Part shown: positions 19,243 through 29,850 of the stretch, in pieces
How the letters are laid out: every line of letters begins with the position of its first letter
Position numbering within the stretch: the stretch's first letter is position 1
Notes under the pieces: generated by a model
The model's input: only the letters and a program-made list of their open reading frames with translations
Told to the model about the DNA's origin: nothing
The model's database searches: none
From: Promethearchaeota archaeon
GTDB taxonomy: Archaea > Asgardarchaeota > Lokiarchaeia > Sigyniarchaeales > SOKP01
Direction of reading: 5' to 3'
Length of the DNA: 37,074 nt
Assembly: GCA_019057795.1 (NCBI GenBank)
Contig: JAHLWS010000035.1
Coordinates: 1 to 37,074 of the forward strand
Program-made: the position numbers and the translations under genes

Positions 19243-20868
19243 TTACTCGTTTAAGCGTTTATACGTTTTTTTCATAATTTTATATATATTGGTGAATTCA
19301 CCAAAAAGCTTGTCGTATATAGCTCTGTTTTCTGGATTTGGTTTAAAGACATTTGAATATTTGATTAGTCCGGGGATTTGATCCCAAGTAAGGTACCCCA
19401 GCCCAACTGACGCGATAAATGCAGCTCCACGAGCATTTGCTTGTATTGGGTCTTTAACTTGTTTAATTGTCCTATTAAGAACATCGGCAAAAATTTGACA
19501 CCAGATATTACTAGACGCCCCACCACCAATTATGTTAAGTTCGGGCATTACAACATCTTTTTTCGTCATTCCTGGATTTTCTTTCATTTTCCATTTTTGG
19601 ATGAATTTTTCAACATATTGAAGAAGCCACTTCACGTTATACGCAACACCCTCAAAGATTGCTCTTATTAGATGTTCTCGAGACATCTCTAACGATAAAT
19701 TGTAGAATCCACCACGAACAGCATGGTCATCGACTGGAGCTCTTTCTCCGATAAGCCATGGCGTAAAAATTAAATTATTAGAACCTGCTGGAACATTTTC
19801 TACAATTCGATCGAATATTTTATACACATCTGGAACTTGTTCCTCTCTTAATAATTCATCCTTATGATATAGAATCTTATCTCTTAGAAACGATAAAGCC
19901 CCACCCGCTATTTCTTGTTCGTTTGCTACAAAATACCGACCTTTTATTGCTGAGGGGAAGCTAGCCATATTATGAAAGATATCTGTTTTTTTGTATGGTA
20001 CATGACATAATAACCAGTCAGATGTTCCTATGTAAATATGACCTTCGTAATCTCTAACCGCTCCTGATCCAATAGTTGCTGTGTGTAAATCTGGTGCGCC
20101 CATGATCATTTTAACCCCCTTTTCTAAACCAAGTTCATCAGCTATTTCGTCTTTAATTGGACCTAGAACATCTGTAGACCATCTTAAATCTGTAGGGAAT
20201 TTATTTGGGTCGACTTTAACCATTTTCATTAATTTATTGTAATACTTAATATCGTTAATATTTCGAATGTCTGTTATAAAATGCATTTGAATGGAAGCAT
20301 AAGAGGCAGCAAATTTGCCCGTAAATTTTAAATTTATGTAATCGTGGGGTTCCAAAAACATGTAAGTTTTATCGTAAATTTCATTACGTTGATCTTTTAT
20401 CCACAAAATATGGGCCAGAGGATCTTTTCCTGATAAACTTGCGCCTCCACCTGTAAACTTAATTGATTTTAGCATTTTAATCGCAGAATATCCACTTACT
20501 TGGATTAAACTTTTATGGAATTTTTTCATATAAGGTGCACCTCGAGTGTCCATCCATATTATAGAATTCATTAAATGATCTCCATTTTTATCTACAGCCA
20601 CAGTACCACTCCATTGACTCGAATTACAAACACCCACTATGTCATTAACCGAGACTTTTCCGTTGTCAATTACTTGTTTAGCAGTCTTAAGAATGGCGTT
20701 CCACCAATCGTTTGGATCTTGTTCAGCCCCGCCGCCCTTTTCTACGTGTAAAGGAACTTCTTGAAACGCCCAATCGACAACTTCACCATGGGTTGAGACT
20801 ATGGCGGTCTTAGGTCCCCCTGTACCGTGATCAATTGCAAGTATATATTTTTTTTGTGAGTCTGACAT
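19243..20868 (-). CDS. FGGY-family carbohydrate kinase (xylulokinase-like)
   Basis: LAIDHGTGGPK, AEQDPNDWW, IIWMDTR, GTSDW, GERAP, RAIFEGVAY, GGGASS. Confidence 0.93.
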   Translation of the reverse strand: MSDSQKKYILAIDHGTGGPKTAIVSTHGEVVDWAFQEVPLHVEKGGGAEQDPNDWWNAILKTAKQVIDNGKVSVNDIVGVCNSSQWSGTVAVDKNGDHLMNSIIWMDTRGAPYMKKFHKSLIQVSGYSAIKMLKSIKFTGGGASLSGKDPLAHILWIKDQRNEIYDKTYMFLEPHDYINLKFTGKFAASYASIQMHFITDIRNINDIKYYNKLMKMVKVDPNKFPTDLRWSTDVLGPIKDEIADELGLEKGVKMIMGAPDLHTATIGSGAVRDYEGHIYIGTSDWLLCHVPYKKTDIFHNMASFPSAIKGRYFVANEQEIAGGALSFLRDKILYHKDELLREEQVPDVYKIFDRIVENVPAGSNNLIFTPWLIGERAPVDDHAVRGGFYNLSLEMSREHLIRAIFEGVAYNVKWLLQYVEKFIQKWKMKENPGMTKKDVVMPELNIIGGGASSNIWCQIFADVLNRTIKQVKDPIQANARGAAFIASVGLGYLTWDQIPGLIKYSNVFKPNPENRAIYDKLFGEFTNIYKIMKKTYKRLNE

Positions 20869-20990
20869 ATTAAATATAAATGTTCTTAAAGTAAATAAAG
20901 ATTTTTTTATGTAAGGCTTTCCTTTCTAAATTAAGTCTTTTTAATTGACTATACTATTTAATAATTTAAAGAATTTTTTGGGGATCTTTT

Positions 20991-22388
20991 ATGGAATATG
21001 AGGAAAAAATAGCTAAAATTAAGAATATTGTTAATTTGCCTATAAGTAAATTTAAACCAAATGAATTGAAGGGAATCATTGAGAGATACGAAAAAAATCA
21101 CAAGAAATCTAAAGAGGCTTTTGAAAGGGCTAAAAAAATCATACCAGGGGGCGTAGAACATAATCTTGCGTTTAATTACCCTTTTCCTTTAGCTAGTAAA
21201 AGGGTTTTTGATTGTTATATGGAAACTGTAGACGATGTTATATTAACAGATTATTTGATGGATGGGGGGCCCATTATTCTCGGTCATAATCACCCTATTT
21301 TAACCGAAAAGATTATCGAAGTTATTCGAGAAATTGGACCATGTCATGGAATAACTCACGAATACGAATATCTTGCTGCTGAAGAACTTCAGAAACATTT
21401 TCCATCTTGTGAAGTTATAAGATGGCTTCAAACTGGAACAGAAGCAGATATGCTTGCTATAAGGATTGCCAGAGTTGCTACAAATCGTAAATGGGTTATT
21501 AAAATCGGCGGAAGCTACCACGGATGGTCAGATCAATTGGTCTACGACATGCATGTGCCCGGTACAAAATTATTAGAATCACATGGGATTCCAAAATCAA
21601 TATTTAAATGGATGGATTCCTGCCCTCCCAACGATATTGAAACATTGCGCCAGATGTTTAAGGAGAAGCGAAAAGTAGCTGCCGTAATCATCGAACCTAT
21701 GGGGGGCGAGTCTGGAGCCAATCCCGTAAGACCTGGATTTAATAAAGAAGTGGAAGAACTTTGCCATGAAAATAAAACACTTTTGATTTCCGATGAAGTT
21801 GTGTGTGCTTTTAGGTTGCATATGGGTGGTGGTCAAGCTTATTATGGTTATGAACCGGATTTATCTGTGTTTGGTAAAATTATTGGCCATGGGTATCCTT
21901 CCGCTGCAGCTATTGGGGGTAAAGAAGAATTTATGAAATATTGTGCTGCAGGAGTGGGTGGTGGAAAAAGAGCTTATAGTGGGGGAACTCTAGCAGCGAA
22001 TCCATTAACGTGTGCTGCTGCTTATTATGCTATTAAATTAGTCGAAGAGACTGGAGCAACAGAAAAAGCTGGAAAGGCAGGAGCACGATTAGCAAATGGA
22101 TTAAATGAAGTTTTCGCTAAATACGAATTACCGTGGTTTTCATATAATCTTGGCGGTACAGTTCACTTTCATACCTCGTGCCTTTTTGGTTTAAGCTTTG
22201 ACATTTCTGAACAAGTAGGTCAGCTCCCGTCAAGGAAAAAGTTTATGGAACATATTGGTGCCGCTTTAGTGGATCAAGAAATAATTTCCGTGGCTGGAAG
22301 TAGATTTTACATGTGTATTCTCCACTCTGACGAAATTGTAGACGAGACAATCGAAAAAATAGACCTTATCTGTCAGAAAATAGAATAA
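20991..22388 (+). CDS. Class-III PLP aminotransferase (GSA-aminomutase-like), substrate uncertain
   Basis: IIPGGV, GTEA, SYHGWSD, IIEP, SDEVV, FGKIIG (PLP Lys), GGTLAANP. Confidence 0.9.
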   Translation: MEYEEKIAKIKNIVNLPISKFKPNELKGIIERYEKNHKKSKEAFERAKKIIPGGVEHNLAFNYPFPLASKRVFDCYMETVDDVILTDYLMDGGPIILGHNHPILTEKIIEVIREIGPCHGITHEYEYLAAEELQKHFPSCEVIRWLQTGTEADMLAIRIARVATNRKWVIKIGGSYHGWSDQLVYDMHVPGTKLLESHGIPKSIFKWMDSCPPNDIETLRQMFKEKRKVAAVIIEPMGGESGANPVRPGFNKEVEELCHENKTLLISDEVVCAFRLHMGGGQAYYGYEPDLSVFGKIIGHGYPSAAAIGGKEEFMKYCAAGVGGGKRAYSGGTLAANPLTCAAAYYAIKLVEETGATEKAGKAGARLANGLNEVFAKYELPWFSYNLGGTVHFHTSCLFGLSFDISEQVGQLPSRKKFMEHIGAALVDQEIISVAGSRFYMCILHSDEIVDETIEKIDLICQKIE

Positions 22389-22498
22389 TATTATATAATT
22401 TTTTTTACAATTTTTAACAGTAGGAAAAACAAACAAAAAACTTTATTTTCTCTAAACTCGAAATATTAATATTCTTAAACAAATTTGAAGTGAAAGTT

Positions 22499-23536
22499 AT
22501 GAGTAATCAGAATGAGATAATAGAACCCTCAAACCTATTTAACGACGATGGTTCGCTTGTTCAACGCGGATGGGCAAGAAAACCTTTATTAAAATACAAT
22601 AAGGAAAAAATAGGTAAAGGTTGGATGAGAATAAAAGAATGGGATCATTTTTCTGTGTTAAACAAGGACTTCGGATTTCAATTAACTATAGGAGATATAG
22701 GGTATTTGACTCAAATGAGTTATGCATGGCTCGATTTTAAAAGCATGAAAAGAGACGGTAAAGGTTTGTTTAAATTCTTTACAAAATCTAAAGTTCTTCC
22801 TTTAAACTCTTTAGAAGACAGCGTTATTGAGTTTCCGACTAAAAAATTTAACGCTACCATCTCGAAACAAGGCAATAAACGAATTCTTACTATTGACGAC
22901 CCCTCGTTTCAAAATAAGGGGATAAAAGGTTCAATTACACTCCATGACGATCCAAAAATGGATAATACTGTGGTCGTGACTGGATATGACGATCCAAGGT
23001 TGTTTTACTATAACCATAAGATTAATTACATGCCTGCAGAAGGCTCTATTGCGATTGGAGATAAATCGTATACCTTTGAACCTGAATCATCTTTTGGTCT
23101 CATGGACTGGGGGCGCGGGATATGGCCTTATAAAACTCATTGGCTCTGGGCTTCTGGTTGTGGACTTGTCTCTGGAGTGCCAGTTGCTTTTAACATTGGC
23201 TACGGTTTTGGTTTAGTCGGTAGTAAAGAAGGGGCAACCCATACGGAAAACATCATTTTCTACGATGGAAAAGCTCATAAAATTGATGAAGTTATATTTC
23301 ACCACGAAAACAGAGATCCTACAAAGTCTTGGAAGTTTACGAGCAACGATAATAGGTTTAATATGGTTTTGGAACCTATCATACCACATCGCGAAAAAAT
23401 GAATTTTGGATTAATTTATCTTAACTCTTCCTTGATGCATGGTTTTTTTTCTGGTGACTTAATTTTAGATGACGGAGAAAAGATTCATATTGAAAAGATG
23501 TTAGGTCACGCTGAAGATATTTATTGGCGCTGGTAA
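22499..23536 (+). CDS. DUF2804 family protein
   Basis: GWAR, RIKEWD, FYYNHK, DWGRGIWPY, NIGYGFG, TEN, GHAE; ATG 22499 preferred over GTG 22490. Confidence 0.85.
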   Translation: MSNQNEIIEPSNLFNDDGSLVQRGWARKPLLKYNKEKIGKGWMRIKEWDHFSVLNKDFGFQLTIGDIGYLTQMSYAWLDFKSMKRDGKGLFKFFTKSKVLPLNSLEDSVIEFPTKKFNATISKQGNKRILTIDDPSFQNKGIKGSITLHDDPKMDNTVVVTGYDDPRLFYYNHKINYMPAEGSIAIGDKSYTFEPESSFGLMDWGRGIWPYKTHWLWASGCGLVSGVPVAFNIGYGFGLVGSKEGATHTENIIFYDGKAHKIDEVIFHHENRDPTKSWKFTSNDNRFNMVLEPIIPHREKMNFGLIYLNSSLMHGFFSGDLILDDGEKIHIEKMLGHAEDIYWRW

Positions 23537-23600
23537 AAATAAGAGAAGCGTAATAATAAATTGAAAAAAAATAAGAAAAAATAAAAATTTATTTATATTT

Positions 23601-25064
23601 TTAAAGACCTAAATCATTTAATTTTTCTTTGTTTTGGGCCACTTTTTCTGGTGTTAGATCGTAAAACTTCCAAAAGAGGATTATTGTAATTAGTACGAAA
23701 ATTGCAGGAACGATAGCAGAATGAATTCGAATTCCAAATATTGCTAACTCTGGAGTAGGGCTCAAAGCCAATAAAGTAGCCAAGTCTGTAGCTCCCTCAA
23801 CAAATCCCGTAAAGATGTGGGTGAGAGCAATTGTGAGTACGATAAATGTGTGACCAAATCGGATAAAGAAAGCTTGAAAACCATAATAAATTGCGTATTG
23901 TCTCTTTCCCGTTTTAACCGCTAAATGATCGAGAACATCGCCCATCATTGGTGGATCAATAAACCAGCTGCCTCCTATCCCGATACCAAATAATAATAAA
24001 CTAATCATCCACAATTCAATACCAGAAACAAATATCATTGGTATAAATGTAAAGAATAAAACCCAACCTGATATTAAGCCTAATTTTTTATTATTATTTA
24101 TTCTCTTGGAAAGAAAAGTCCAAATTGGAACGGAAATTAAGGCACCTATCAGCATCGCGCCTAAGAGTAATGTTATTACCGTAGCTGGAGAATCTAATAG
24201 ATATGTTGTTATATAAAATCCCGATGTTTGTATCATTACACCAGAAATCTGGTATCCAAAAAAAAATATAACTTTCATCATAAATCGTCTATCAGAGAGA
24301 GCTGTTTTAGTAGTCTTAAAGAAGGATTCTACTTTTTCTTCCCCAATTGTTTGTTTTCTTTGTTCGTAAAGTTTTTTTAGTCTTTTATTTTCCCATATTC
24401 CAGGAATTACAGCGAGAAAAAGAACGAGACCAATGACAAGAGTGACGAGTGCTGAATTTCTATAAGTAATAGCAACACCAGTAGTAATGAACATTGGAGG
24501 GATAATTGCCGCTAGTACAAGTCCAATAATTCCCAAAATTGTTCCATATCCTTGGACTGTTCTTCGTTCGTTAAGTCCTGGAAACTTATCAGGATATATA
24601 GAAAGAACATTTACATCGTATAATGTGTTAAATGTGTCGTATAAGCAAATTGTACCCAAATACCACGAGAAAATTAGCCATTGGTTATCTGTAACTAACT
24701 GTGTGGTCCCATACCAAGAACTAGGAACAAAGAAGATAAGCAAATAAGCTAATAGCCATAAAGGAGCTGATATTATTATCCAAGGAACTCTTCGAATGCC
24801 CCATTTTTTTTCCCAAGGCATGCGATAAGCTAAACGTTCCATTAAATAGCCTATAAGGGGGTCGTTTACAGCATTCCAGATAGTATATAAAATAAACGCA
24901 AAAGCCGCTATTAGCGTATTCAACCCTATTACTACCTCATAAAAAAAGAAGACGGTAAAACCGAAAGCCGCAGCTATCCATTGACCGAACAACTCTCTTG
25001 ACCCATAACTAGCATGGATTTTCTTAGGATTTAAATAAACCTCTCTTTCTTCTATTTCAACCAT
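23601..25064 (-). CDS. GPH (glycoside-pentoside-hexuronide)/MelB-like MFS transporter
   Basis: IWNAVNDPLIG, GIRRVPWI, GDVLD...TGKR...YYG, FYDLT. Confidence 0.9.
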   Translation of the reverse strand: MVEIEEREVYLNPKKIHASYGSRELFGQWIAAAFGFTVFFFYEVVIGLNTLIAAFAFILYTIWNAVNDPLIGYLMERLAYRMPWEKKWGIRRVPWIIISAPLWLLAYLLIFFVPSSWYGTTQLVTDNQWLIFSWYLGTICLYDTFNTLYDVNVLSIYPDKFPGLNERRTVQGYGTILGIIGLVLAAIIPPMFITTGVAITYRNSALVTLVIGLVLFLAVIPGIWENKRLKKLYEQRKQTIGEEKVESFFKTTKTALSDRRFMMKVIFFFGYQISGVMIQTSGFYITTYLLDSPATVITLLLGAMLIGALISVPIWTFLSKRINNNKKLGLISGWVLFFTFIPMIFVSGIELWMISLLLFGIGIGGSWFIDPPMMGDVLDHLAVKTGKRQYAIYYGFQAFFIRFGHTFIVLTIALTHIFTGFVEGATDLATLLALSPTPELAIFGIRIHSAIVPAIFVLITIILFWKFYDLTPEKVAQNKEKLNDLGL

Positions 25065-25304
25065 ATTAATCTCTCTTAATTTTAAATATCCCCTACCCTA
25101 AAAACTAACTTTCATTTTAGAGTATTAATAAATATTTAAATTTAATTTATTCAATATATCTTTAGAGTCTTATAAATATTGCTTAATTAACCTCGAAATT
25201 TACTTTCTCGTACTTGTTTATTGTTGAAATTTTAAAAACTTTTATTACAAATTTAATTATATTGTTAGTCAAAGAACTATTTAAAACTTAATTTGGAGTT
25301 TATA

Positions 25305-25979
25305 TTGAAGATCGTTGTTTTTGCCCCTCATCCTGATGATGAAAGTTATGGCGCAGGAGGGTCTATTCTAACATGGCTTAATGAGGGTCATAATATTCAT
25401 ATTATTTGGCTTACGGATGGTAGAGCTTGTTATAGAGAACCAAAAATCATTGGCGATCTTGAAGATTGTGAAGCTACTAGAATCTCTGAAGATGAATTGG
25501 CTAAAATAAGATTGGCTGAGGCAGATGCTGCTGGTGAGTTTTTGGGAATTAAAAAGGAAAATAGACACTTTTTAAAATTTTTCGATCAAGAATTAAGGAA
25601 GCATATAGAAGAAGCGGTTGATAAAATTAAAGATATTTTAGAAGATGTTGATAGATTTGTAATTCCCAGCGCTAATAATAATCATCCAGATCATCAGGCA
25701 ACTTATGAAATTGCAGTTAAAGTAGCTGAAGAACTAAATCTAAAAAACCTGGAATTTTATGTGTACGCTTTATATAATCCTTTAAAAGCTCAAGATAAAA
25801 ATCTAGTTAAAATACGAATAGGGGATTTGAGATTTAAGGTGTATGACGCTTTGAAACTGCATAAATCTCAATTCTTTATGGATGATATGAAATGGCAAAG
25901 TCTAGCTATAAGAAACAGGAGAAGAGAACGGTTTGGTTCTTTCAAATTAAAAGATAAAAATAATTTTTATAACTTTTAG
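25305..25979 (+). CDS. PIG-L/LmbE family Zn-dependent deacetylase
   Basis: FAPHPDDE, TDG, R..EA, HPDH, HKSQ; TTG 25305 after GGAG (25295-25298) preferred as start. Confidence 0.92.
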   Translation: MKIVVFAPHPDDESYGAGGSILTWLNEGHNIHIIWLTDGRACYREPKIIGDLEDCEATRISEDELAKIRLAEADAAGEFLGIKKENRHFLKFFDQELRKHIEEAVDKIKDILEDVDRFVIPSANNNHPDHQATYEIAVKVAEELNLKNLEFYVYALYNPLKAQDKNLVKIRIGDLRFKVYDALKLHKSQFFMDDMKWQSLAIRNRRRERFGSFKLKDKNNFYNF

Positions 25980-25997
25980 ATAACTAATAATGATTTA

Positions 25998-26750
25998 ATG
26001 ATTGATGAAAAAAATTTAATTGAAGCCACAAAAATCGTAAGGAATTCCAAGAAAATCGTTGTGTTTACGGGAGCAGGATCTTCAACTGAATCTGGGATCG
26101 CAGATTTTAGAAGTAAGGGGGGTTTGTGGTCTCGCTACGATCCTTCAATTTATGCGAGCTACCACTACTTTCTGGAAGATCCAAGCAAGTTCTGGACTAT
26201 GCATAACGAATTAGTCGACATCGTAGCTAATGCGAAGCCAAATCCAATTCATTACGCGATTGTTGAGCTGGAAAAACTTGGGAAAATAATTGCAGTAATC
26301 ACTCAAAATGTAGACGCACTACATCAACGCGCGGGAAGTGGAACTTATAATAATATACCAATTTACGAATTACACGGTTCCTATGAAAAATTAGAATGTA
26401 TTAGGTGTAAAAAAGAATTTCTTTTTGAAGAAGTTGAGACTAAGAACGTAAAATATCCAGTTTGTGAATGTAGTGGGTATATAAAACCAAAAGTAGTGCT
26501 ATTTGGAGAACCATTGCGCCCAAGCGTGTTAGAAAGAGCAATGAACGCTTGTAGGTCTTGTGATTGTTTTATGATGATAGGAAGCTCTTTACTCGTATCC
26601 CCAGCAAATTTTTTACCTTCCATCGCGAAAGAAAGTGGAGCAAAAGTAATCTTCGTAAATCGAGAGCGTACCGCAATGGACGATATTGCTGATATCTTTT
26701 TAAAAGGTAGTGGAGGAGAAATTTTGTCAGAATTAATCCAAAGACTATGA
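25998..26750 (+). CDS. cobB: Sir2-family NAD-dependent protein deacylase
   Basis: TGAGSSTESGIADFR, TQNVDALH, ELHG, CxxC...CxC, VVLFGE, GSSL. Confidence 0.95.
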   Translation: MIDEKNLIEATKIVRNSKKIVVFTGAGSSTESGIADFRSKGGLWSRYDPSIYASYHYFLEDPSKFWTMHNELVDIVANAKPNPIHYAIVELEKLGKIIAVITQNVDALHQRAGSGTYNNIPIYELHGSYEKLECIRCKKEFLFEEVETKNVKYPVCECSGYIKPKVVLFGEPLRPSVLERAMNACRSCDCFMMIGSSLLVSPANFLPSIAKESGAKVIFVNRERTAMDDIADIFLKGSGGEILSELIQRL

Positions 26751-27049
26751 AAGAAATATAATCGAGAAATTTTCACTGAAATTAAAGTTAATTTTTAATA
26801 AAGTTATTATTGCTAAGAAAAAAGATAATCTTTAAATAATTTACAGTTGAATAGAGATTGGTACACTACTTTAAATAATTTGAATATTTATTCAATAAAT
26901 CTCGAAAATTAAACAGCGATTTCACTTGTTCAAAAATGTTTTAATACACTAATTCAAGTTAGACCGACAAATTTGGTTGGTATTTCTTGATAAATTCTAT
27001 TTAGGGATTTACGATACAACAGAGTATTTTATAAAGAGGATGTAATTTA

Positions 27050-28009
27050 ATGATTGTATTAATCGTAATGATTTTTATTCTCATAGGAGGAGTTGTTATT
27101 ATAATCTTCTCTAGTAGTTTTGCTGTAAAAAATTCAGCTTTACTTGCAACAGCTTTAGGGATATCACCATTAATAATTGGAGTGACTTTAGTATCCATAG
27201 GAACAGATATTTCTGAAATTTTTAATTCAATTATTTCCTGTTCTTTAGGTCACGGAGATATTAATGTAGGAGATTCGGTTGGCTCAGATCTCACGCAACT
27301 CACTCTAGTTTTTGGACTTCTACCACTAATTTGTGGTGCATTTCATGTTAATAGAAAGGACATAATAATATTAGGTGCTTGCGAAGTTCTGTCTTTATTA
27401 TTGATCTTTACAATTGTTGAGAAAGGATACATCACTCGTTTGAACGCGCTATTTATGGTTATCAGCCTTGTAATTTATTTTTGGTTAATCTTTAACGCCA
27501 ATAAAGAGAGCATAATGCATAGAGTAGAATTGATAGAAACGCCGCAAACAACAAAGAGTAAAAAAATTCTACTTTTGTTTGCTGCAATTGGTTTTGGTGG
27601 CGTCACAATTGGCTCCTATGCCATCGTAAATTCTGTTATTTATATATCGCAAGCTCTAAGTATTCACGAATATATCATCAGTTTCTTCATCCTCTCAATA
27701 GGAACATCGCTACCAGAACTCGTCGTTGATGTACACGCCCTTCGTCATGGTCATCATTCCATTGCAATTGGGGATATTGTTGGCTCTTGTATTGTTGATT
27801 CTACTTTATCTATAGGAATTGGCCTATTCTTCTTCCCTCAAGCGGTTTCAGCAGAATTAGCGGTTCCTACGGTTTTATATACGCTCGTTGTTAGTTTAAT
27901 TGTATTTGTTGTAATAGCAGTTAGACAAAAAATGGACAAAAAATTTGGAGTATTTTTTATATTCCTTTATATAATGGCTTATGTATTTCTATTTGGATTA
28001 GGAATATAA
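27050..28009 (+). CDS. Ca2+/cation antiporter (CaCA, YrbG/NCX-like)
   Basis: Two alpha repeats: GTDISE...GDSVGSD and GTSLPE...GDIVGSC; about 10 TM. Confidence 0.9.
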   Translation: MIVLIVMIFILIGGVVIIIFSSSFAVKNSALLATALGISPLIIGVTLVSIGTDISEIFNSIISCSLGHGDINVGDSVGSDLTQLTLVFGLLPLICGAFHVNRKDIIILGACEVLSLLLIFTIVEKGYITRLNALFMVISLVIYFWLIFNANKESIMHRVELIETPQTTKSKKILLLFAAIGFGGVTIGSYAIVNSVIYISQALSIHEYIISFFILSIGTSLPELVVDVHALRHGHHSIAIGDIVGSCIVDSTLSIGIGLFFFPQAVSAELAVPTVLYTLVVSLIVFVVIAVRQKMDKKFGVFFIFLYIMAYVFLFGLGI

Positions 28010-28054
28010 TCCTTGACTTTTTTAAGTGAACAGGATTAAATGTTACATGTTATT

Positions 28055-29251
28055 TTAATCTCTTATAGAATAGTCAATATTCTGGCGCCAAATTGGGGAG
28101 TTATCTCCTCTAGCCTTCTTTTCATCGATGACACGGGTAACAGTATAAAAAGGAACTTTAACTACCTTCGATCCGTCGTATTTCTTTATTTTCTCGCGAA
28201 AATCGTCCAAAAATCTCTTCCTTTCCTCGCGGTCTTTCTTGTTTTTCAGATGGTCTTTCTCGTATTCCCAATCAGAGTACTTAAGTATTGTTTGCTTAAG
28301 TTCTTCCGTAATTTTAACTTTACTTAACATTAGGAAACATCCAAGGACCATAAACGCTAAACGCGATTTTTTCTCGTAAGCGTAAGCGACTAATTTATCG
28401 TACGCCCTTTCAATTAAAATTTTATCCATGCTATCTGGGATTCTTCGGGGATATTTCTTATTTTCTTCGGGAGTAAGGTGGTCAATCATAATATCTATAA
28501 AATCAGAATCTAAGTTTGAAGCCTCGTCGTTTCCCTTAATAGAATACGACCATGTTTCGATCTTCTCTCGCTTGTTTTCTAGAGTTTTTACGAAAGGCTT
28601 GCCCGACCTTATTCCCATCAGTTCTCTCCCCAAGTCGTGCTCGTAAACGCCTTCAAAATCAGAAGTCGGCACCTTGTCTAGCGAGAGCACAAGAGCCTCG
28701 ATAAATTCCTCTAACTCTATTTTTGAAAAATTGAACGGGCTAAAATTTATAACCGATTCAAATTCTGGGGGAAAAGTCCTTGCTTCCGCAAAAAGAAAAA
28801 CGCGATAATCAGGAGACCAACCCCCGATGGAAGTTCCCGATTGGCCGTAATAAAAGGTAGCAGGAAATGTTTGACCTTTAGGAGTCTTAACAAACATCCA
28901 CACGTGAAATAGTTGCTCGCAACCACCGAACTCCGTTCTTGGGATCAAGGTTTTCAAAGCCCCGCCAAAAAATAAATCCAACTTCGGACTGTAATTAAGC
29001 AGGTCTTTGGAACCTTTTATTGGACCCTGAATTTCTATAGACCTTTTATAAACGCCTCTAAAGGCGCCAACGGAACAGAGTTTACTGCTCCCATCCCCTA
29101 TGATAAAGGAATTTTTAGATTTATAATCGTAATCCCTAAAAACAAACCCATACCCGTTAAATCCTATAGCTCCCTCTTTAAAATCGTCTTTTCCATCAGC
29201 AGCTCCGGAAACCAACTTAAGTAAACTTTCAATCTCCAATTTTTTATCCAA
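28055..29251 (-). CDS. Hypothetical two-domain protein; C-terminal half DUF4259-like
   Basis: 398-aa ORF with TTG start; WSYSIKGNDEASNL resembles the DUF4259 W....f.nD.a.d start; EERKRFLDDFREKI. Confidence 0.6.
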   Translation of the reverse strand: MDKKLEIESLLKLVSGAADGKDDFKEGAIGFNGYGFVFRDYDYKSKNSFIIGDGSSKLCSVGAFRGVYKRSIEIQGPIKGSKDLLNYSPKLDLFFGGALKTLIPRTEFGGCEQLFHVWMFVKTPKGQTFPATFYYGQSGTSIGGWSPDYRVFLFAEARTFPPEFESVINFSPFNFSKIELEEFIEALVLSLDKVPTSDFEGVYEHDLGRELMGIRSGKPFVKTLENKREKIETWSYSIKGNDEASNLDSDFIDIMIDHLTPEENKKYPRRIPDSMDKILIERAYDKLVAYAYEKKSRLAFMVLGCFLMLSKVKITEELKQTILKYSDWEYEKDHLKNKKDREERKRFLDDFREKIKKYDGSKVVKVPFYTVTRVIDEKKARGDNSPIWRQNIDYSIRD

Positions 29252-29334
29252 AAACGTGCTAAAAATTATTAATTAACTTAATGCATTAAATGTACGAAAA
29301 TATATAAAAAAAAAAGTATTTAAACTTTCACTCT

Positions 29335-29850
29335 TTACCGTTGTCTCAAATAAAGTTTAATCCAATCTTCTTCACCATCTCCTTTAAGACCTTTTAAATA
29401 ATGCTCTGCGTATTCCTGTAGATACGCTGCTTCATAAAGTAAACTTTGCGAATGAAAAATATTGAACGCGTAGTCTTGATAGCGGTTATGTATTCCTTCA
29501 AAATTTCCATCAAATCCAAGAAATTCTTTGTATTCTTCCGAGGTTATTATTCTTACGTTTTCGAGGTGATTTGAACCGTCGTCCTCTTTAACAGCTCTCT
29601 GAAGCTTTTTATTAATGTTTGCAATATCTCTATCGTTTTTCTGCCCTAATAAAACGATTACTAATAACCGATCTTCTGATTGATAATGTTTCTCAAATTT
29701 TTCCGCTATGGATTGAAAGTCTGATGTGTAAGTATAATCAACTGTAATAAGTTCAATTGAACTTGGAATTGATATTATATTTTGAAGAGGTTCAATATTA
29801 TTGTTTGTAAAAGGTCGTTCAATTTTTTTTCTTTTAAATTCTTCTTTAAT
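29335..29850 (-). pseudogene. Start-less 171-codon frame, possible PD-(D/E)xK-like C-terminal domain (5'-truncated or frameshifted gene)
   Basis: Stop-free IKEEFKRKKIERPF...ITVDYTYTSDFQSIAEKFEKHYQSEDRLLVIVLLG...DWIKLYLRQR*; no ATG/GTG in frame; an upstream GTG (29873) in another frame meets it at an A8 run (29823-29830). Confidence 0.7.

Noticed and set aside
20991-22388. hemL gene symbol (and hemE for 4190-5272)
   Set aside because: Only family-level similarity; no tetrapyrrole gene context, and both families contain many non-haem members
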